A stretch of 8,903 bases of DNA from Octopus sinensis. Taxonomy: Eukaryota. Made by a program: the position numbers and the translations under genes. The stretch spans positions 1-8,903 of the forward strand of contig NW_021828297.1 in NCBI RefSeq assembly GCF_006345805.1, given 5' to 3'. Positions 7,551 through 8,903 of the stretch are shown piece after piece; the stretch's first letter is position 1, and every line of letters begins with the position of its first letter. Below the pieces are notes generated by a model. That model saw only the letters and a list, made by a program, of their open reading frames with translations. It was not told the origin of the DNA and searched no databases.

Positions 7551-8129
7551 GATAAGGAAGCATGAGTTATAGAAACTATCAAGTCGAACAGGTGGAAAGC
7601 TTTCTATAAATTTGCCAAAGAAACAGCCTCAGTACACCACAAGGTAGGACCCCTCTTTCAAAAAGGGGGCTCCCTCACAGGAAACCCAATGAGGATAGGT
7701 GAAATACTGCGAACAGTTCCAAAGTGTATTCACTACACCTCTGGAACACAGGCAAGTGAACAAACAAGCAGAATTTTTTGCCACTTTACCTGTAATTAAA
7801 GAGGCGTAAATTGGTTGCATCAACACTGAAGAAAATGTAACACTGGTCATAGACAAGGTTGACACAAACTCAGCTGCTGGTCCTGACGGATTTCCAGTGG
7901 TCCTTCCCTTGTAAAACCACGGCAGCTTCTTTTTCAGAACTTTCTTGCAAGTGGTAAGCTCCCAGACAAACTGAAGGAATGGATAATTGCGGTCCTTGAA
8001 GAAAAGGACTTGCTGACTGACACCCAGCAGGGATTTCGACCAGGTAGAAGCTGCCTAACACAGCTCTTGCAACATTACCAATGGGTGTTAAAACAGCTGC
8101 TAAATGACTCGAGGGTGGATGTGGACTTT
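7551..8129 (+). mobile_element. CR1-group LINE ORF2 fragment (linker + N-terminal reverse transcriptase), decayed
   Basis: Three frames, with frameshifts and stops: VIETIKSNRWKAFYKFAK (KAFYKFAK at 7596-7619); EQFQSVFTTP (7711-7740) through DTNSAAGPDGFP (GPDG at 7879-7890); and KPRQLLFQNFLASGKLPDKLKE/WIIAVLEEKDLLTDTQQGFRPGRSCLTQLLQHYQWVLKQLLNDSRVDVDF (QQGFRPGRSCLTQLL at 8025-8069). These are diagnostic CR1/L2-group RT-upstream and RT domain 1-3 motifs. Confidence 0.9.
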
Positions 8130-8208
8130 TCTCACCACAAGCTGGAGATACTAACTCTGCGAATTTGGTCCGGCAGCAGAATATGAAGGAAACTAAATCG
8201 CCGATCTG

Positions 8209-8322
8209 GTAGTACTAGTAGTAGTGGTGGTGGTGGTGGTGGTGGTGGCGGCGGCGGTGGCGGTGGTGGTTGCGGCGGCGGCGGCGGCGCTGATGGTGGT
8301 TGTGGTGTTGACGGTGGTAGTA
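8209..8322. repeat. (AGT)/(GGT)n/(GGC)n triplet repeat
   Basis: gtagtactagtagtagtggtggtggtggt...ggcggcggcggc directly visible. Confidence 0.93.
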
Positions 8323-8329
8323 TTTGTCG

Positions 8330-8425
8330 CGGTCATGGTCGAGATGAGTACCATTTCCAGTCACGGCCATCCCGTCTTCTGTTGAGACAGAATACTGAAA
8401 GGGACTTGACTGCTATTTCTAATGT
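8330..8425 (+). mobile_element. Fragment of an unclassified dispersed octopus repeat
   Basis: ttccagtcacggccatcccgtcttc...gggacttgactgctatttcta resembles the recalled repeat (ttccagccgtgaccatcccgtcttt...gggagatttggctgctatttctagc). It may be the same family as 5355-5430 and 3636-3685. Confidence 0.45.
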
Positions 8426-8486
8426 ACAGAGGAGGATCTTTCACTGGCCCAGACCACCACAACAATCTACTAACTATAATAAATCA

Positions 8487-8903
8487 CTTCTTCTTCTCTT
8501 CCTCTCTCTCTCTCTCTCTATATATATAATATATATATATATATATGTATGTATAAATATATGTGTGTGTGTTTGTGTGTCTGTGTGTATACACACACAT
8601 ATACATGTATATGCATACACGTGCGTGTGTGTGTTTGTATATATATATATATATACAAACACACACACACACGCATTTTCACGCACACACACAAATATTC
8701 ACGTACCCGTCGCAGAAAAGTAGATTTGTTTCTGTATGTGTGACTGCATATGTGTACATGTGTTTTGTCTGTCTGTGCGCGTGTATTATGTGTGTGTATG
8801 TGTGTGTGTGTGTGCGTGTATTGTGTGTGTGTGTGTGTGTGTGTGTGCCAGTGTATCTGTCTGCCTGTCGGTGTGCCTATATGTCTATACGTGTGTGCGT
8901 GTG
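8487..8903. repeat. Compound (CT)n-(TA)n-(TG)n-(CA)n-(TG)n microsatellite
   Basis: Directly visible. Source of ORFs 8382..8723, 8474..8692, 8484..8672 and 8549..8743. Confidence 0.96.

Noticed and set aside
7140-7572. HT- and CV-repeat ORFs (also at 8382-8743)
   Set aside because: Translations of TG/CA/TA microsatellites.
1-8903. CRISPR array, operon, phage or defence system
   Set aside because: No regularly spaced repeat-spacer units, no gene-dense organisation, and the repeat content is eukaryotic.

Overview
Repeat-rich, non-coding eukaryotic DNA (intron or intergenic). It is most likely from an octopus or other coleoid cephalopod, inferred from the very dense TA/TG/CT/TAA/GGT microsatellites and from SINE and mariner sequences that match my recollection of Octopus repeat families (not verified by a search). 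I find no intact protein-coding gene, RNA gene, CRISPR array or prokaryote-type system, and most ORFs in the supplied track are simple-repeat artefacts. Supported content: (1) a decayed 5' fragment of a mariner transposon on the minus strand (left TIR + TA, transposase HTH relic, ~6136-6451); (2) a decayed CR1-type LINE ORF2 fragment (~7551-8129, +); (3) two tRNA-derived SINE heads (5041-5349 -, 6606-6764 +) and a probable SINE tail (7425-7490 -); (4) many microsatellites. The most interesting details are small-scale: a perfect hairpin at the deletion junction of the mariner relic that also opens a chimeric 82-aa frame, a homeodomain/TALE motif cluster with a 16-bp palindrome, a 44-bp palindromic compound microsatellite, and a few candidate exons. 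I did not find a convincing new biological system.
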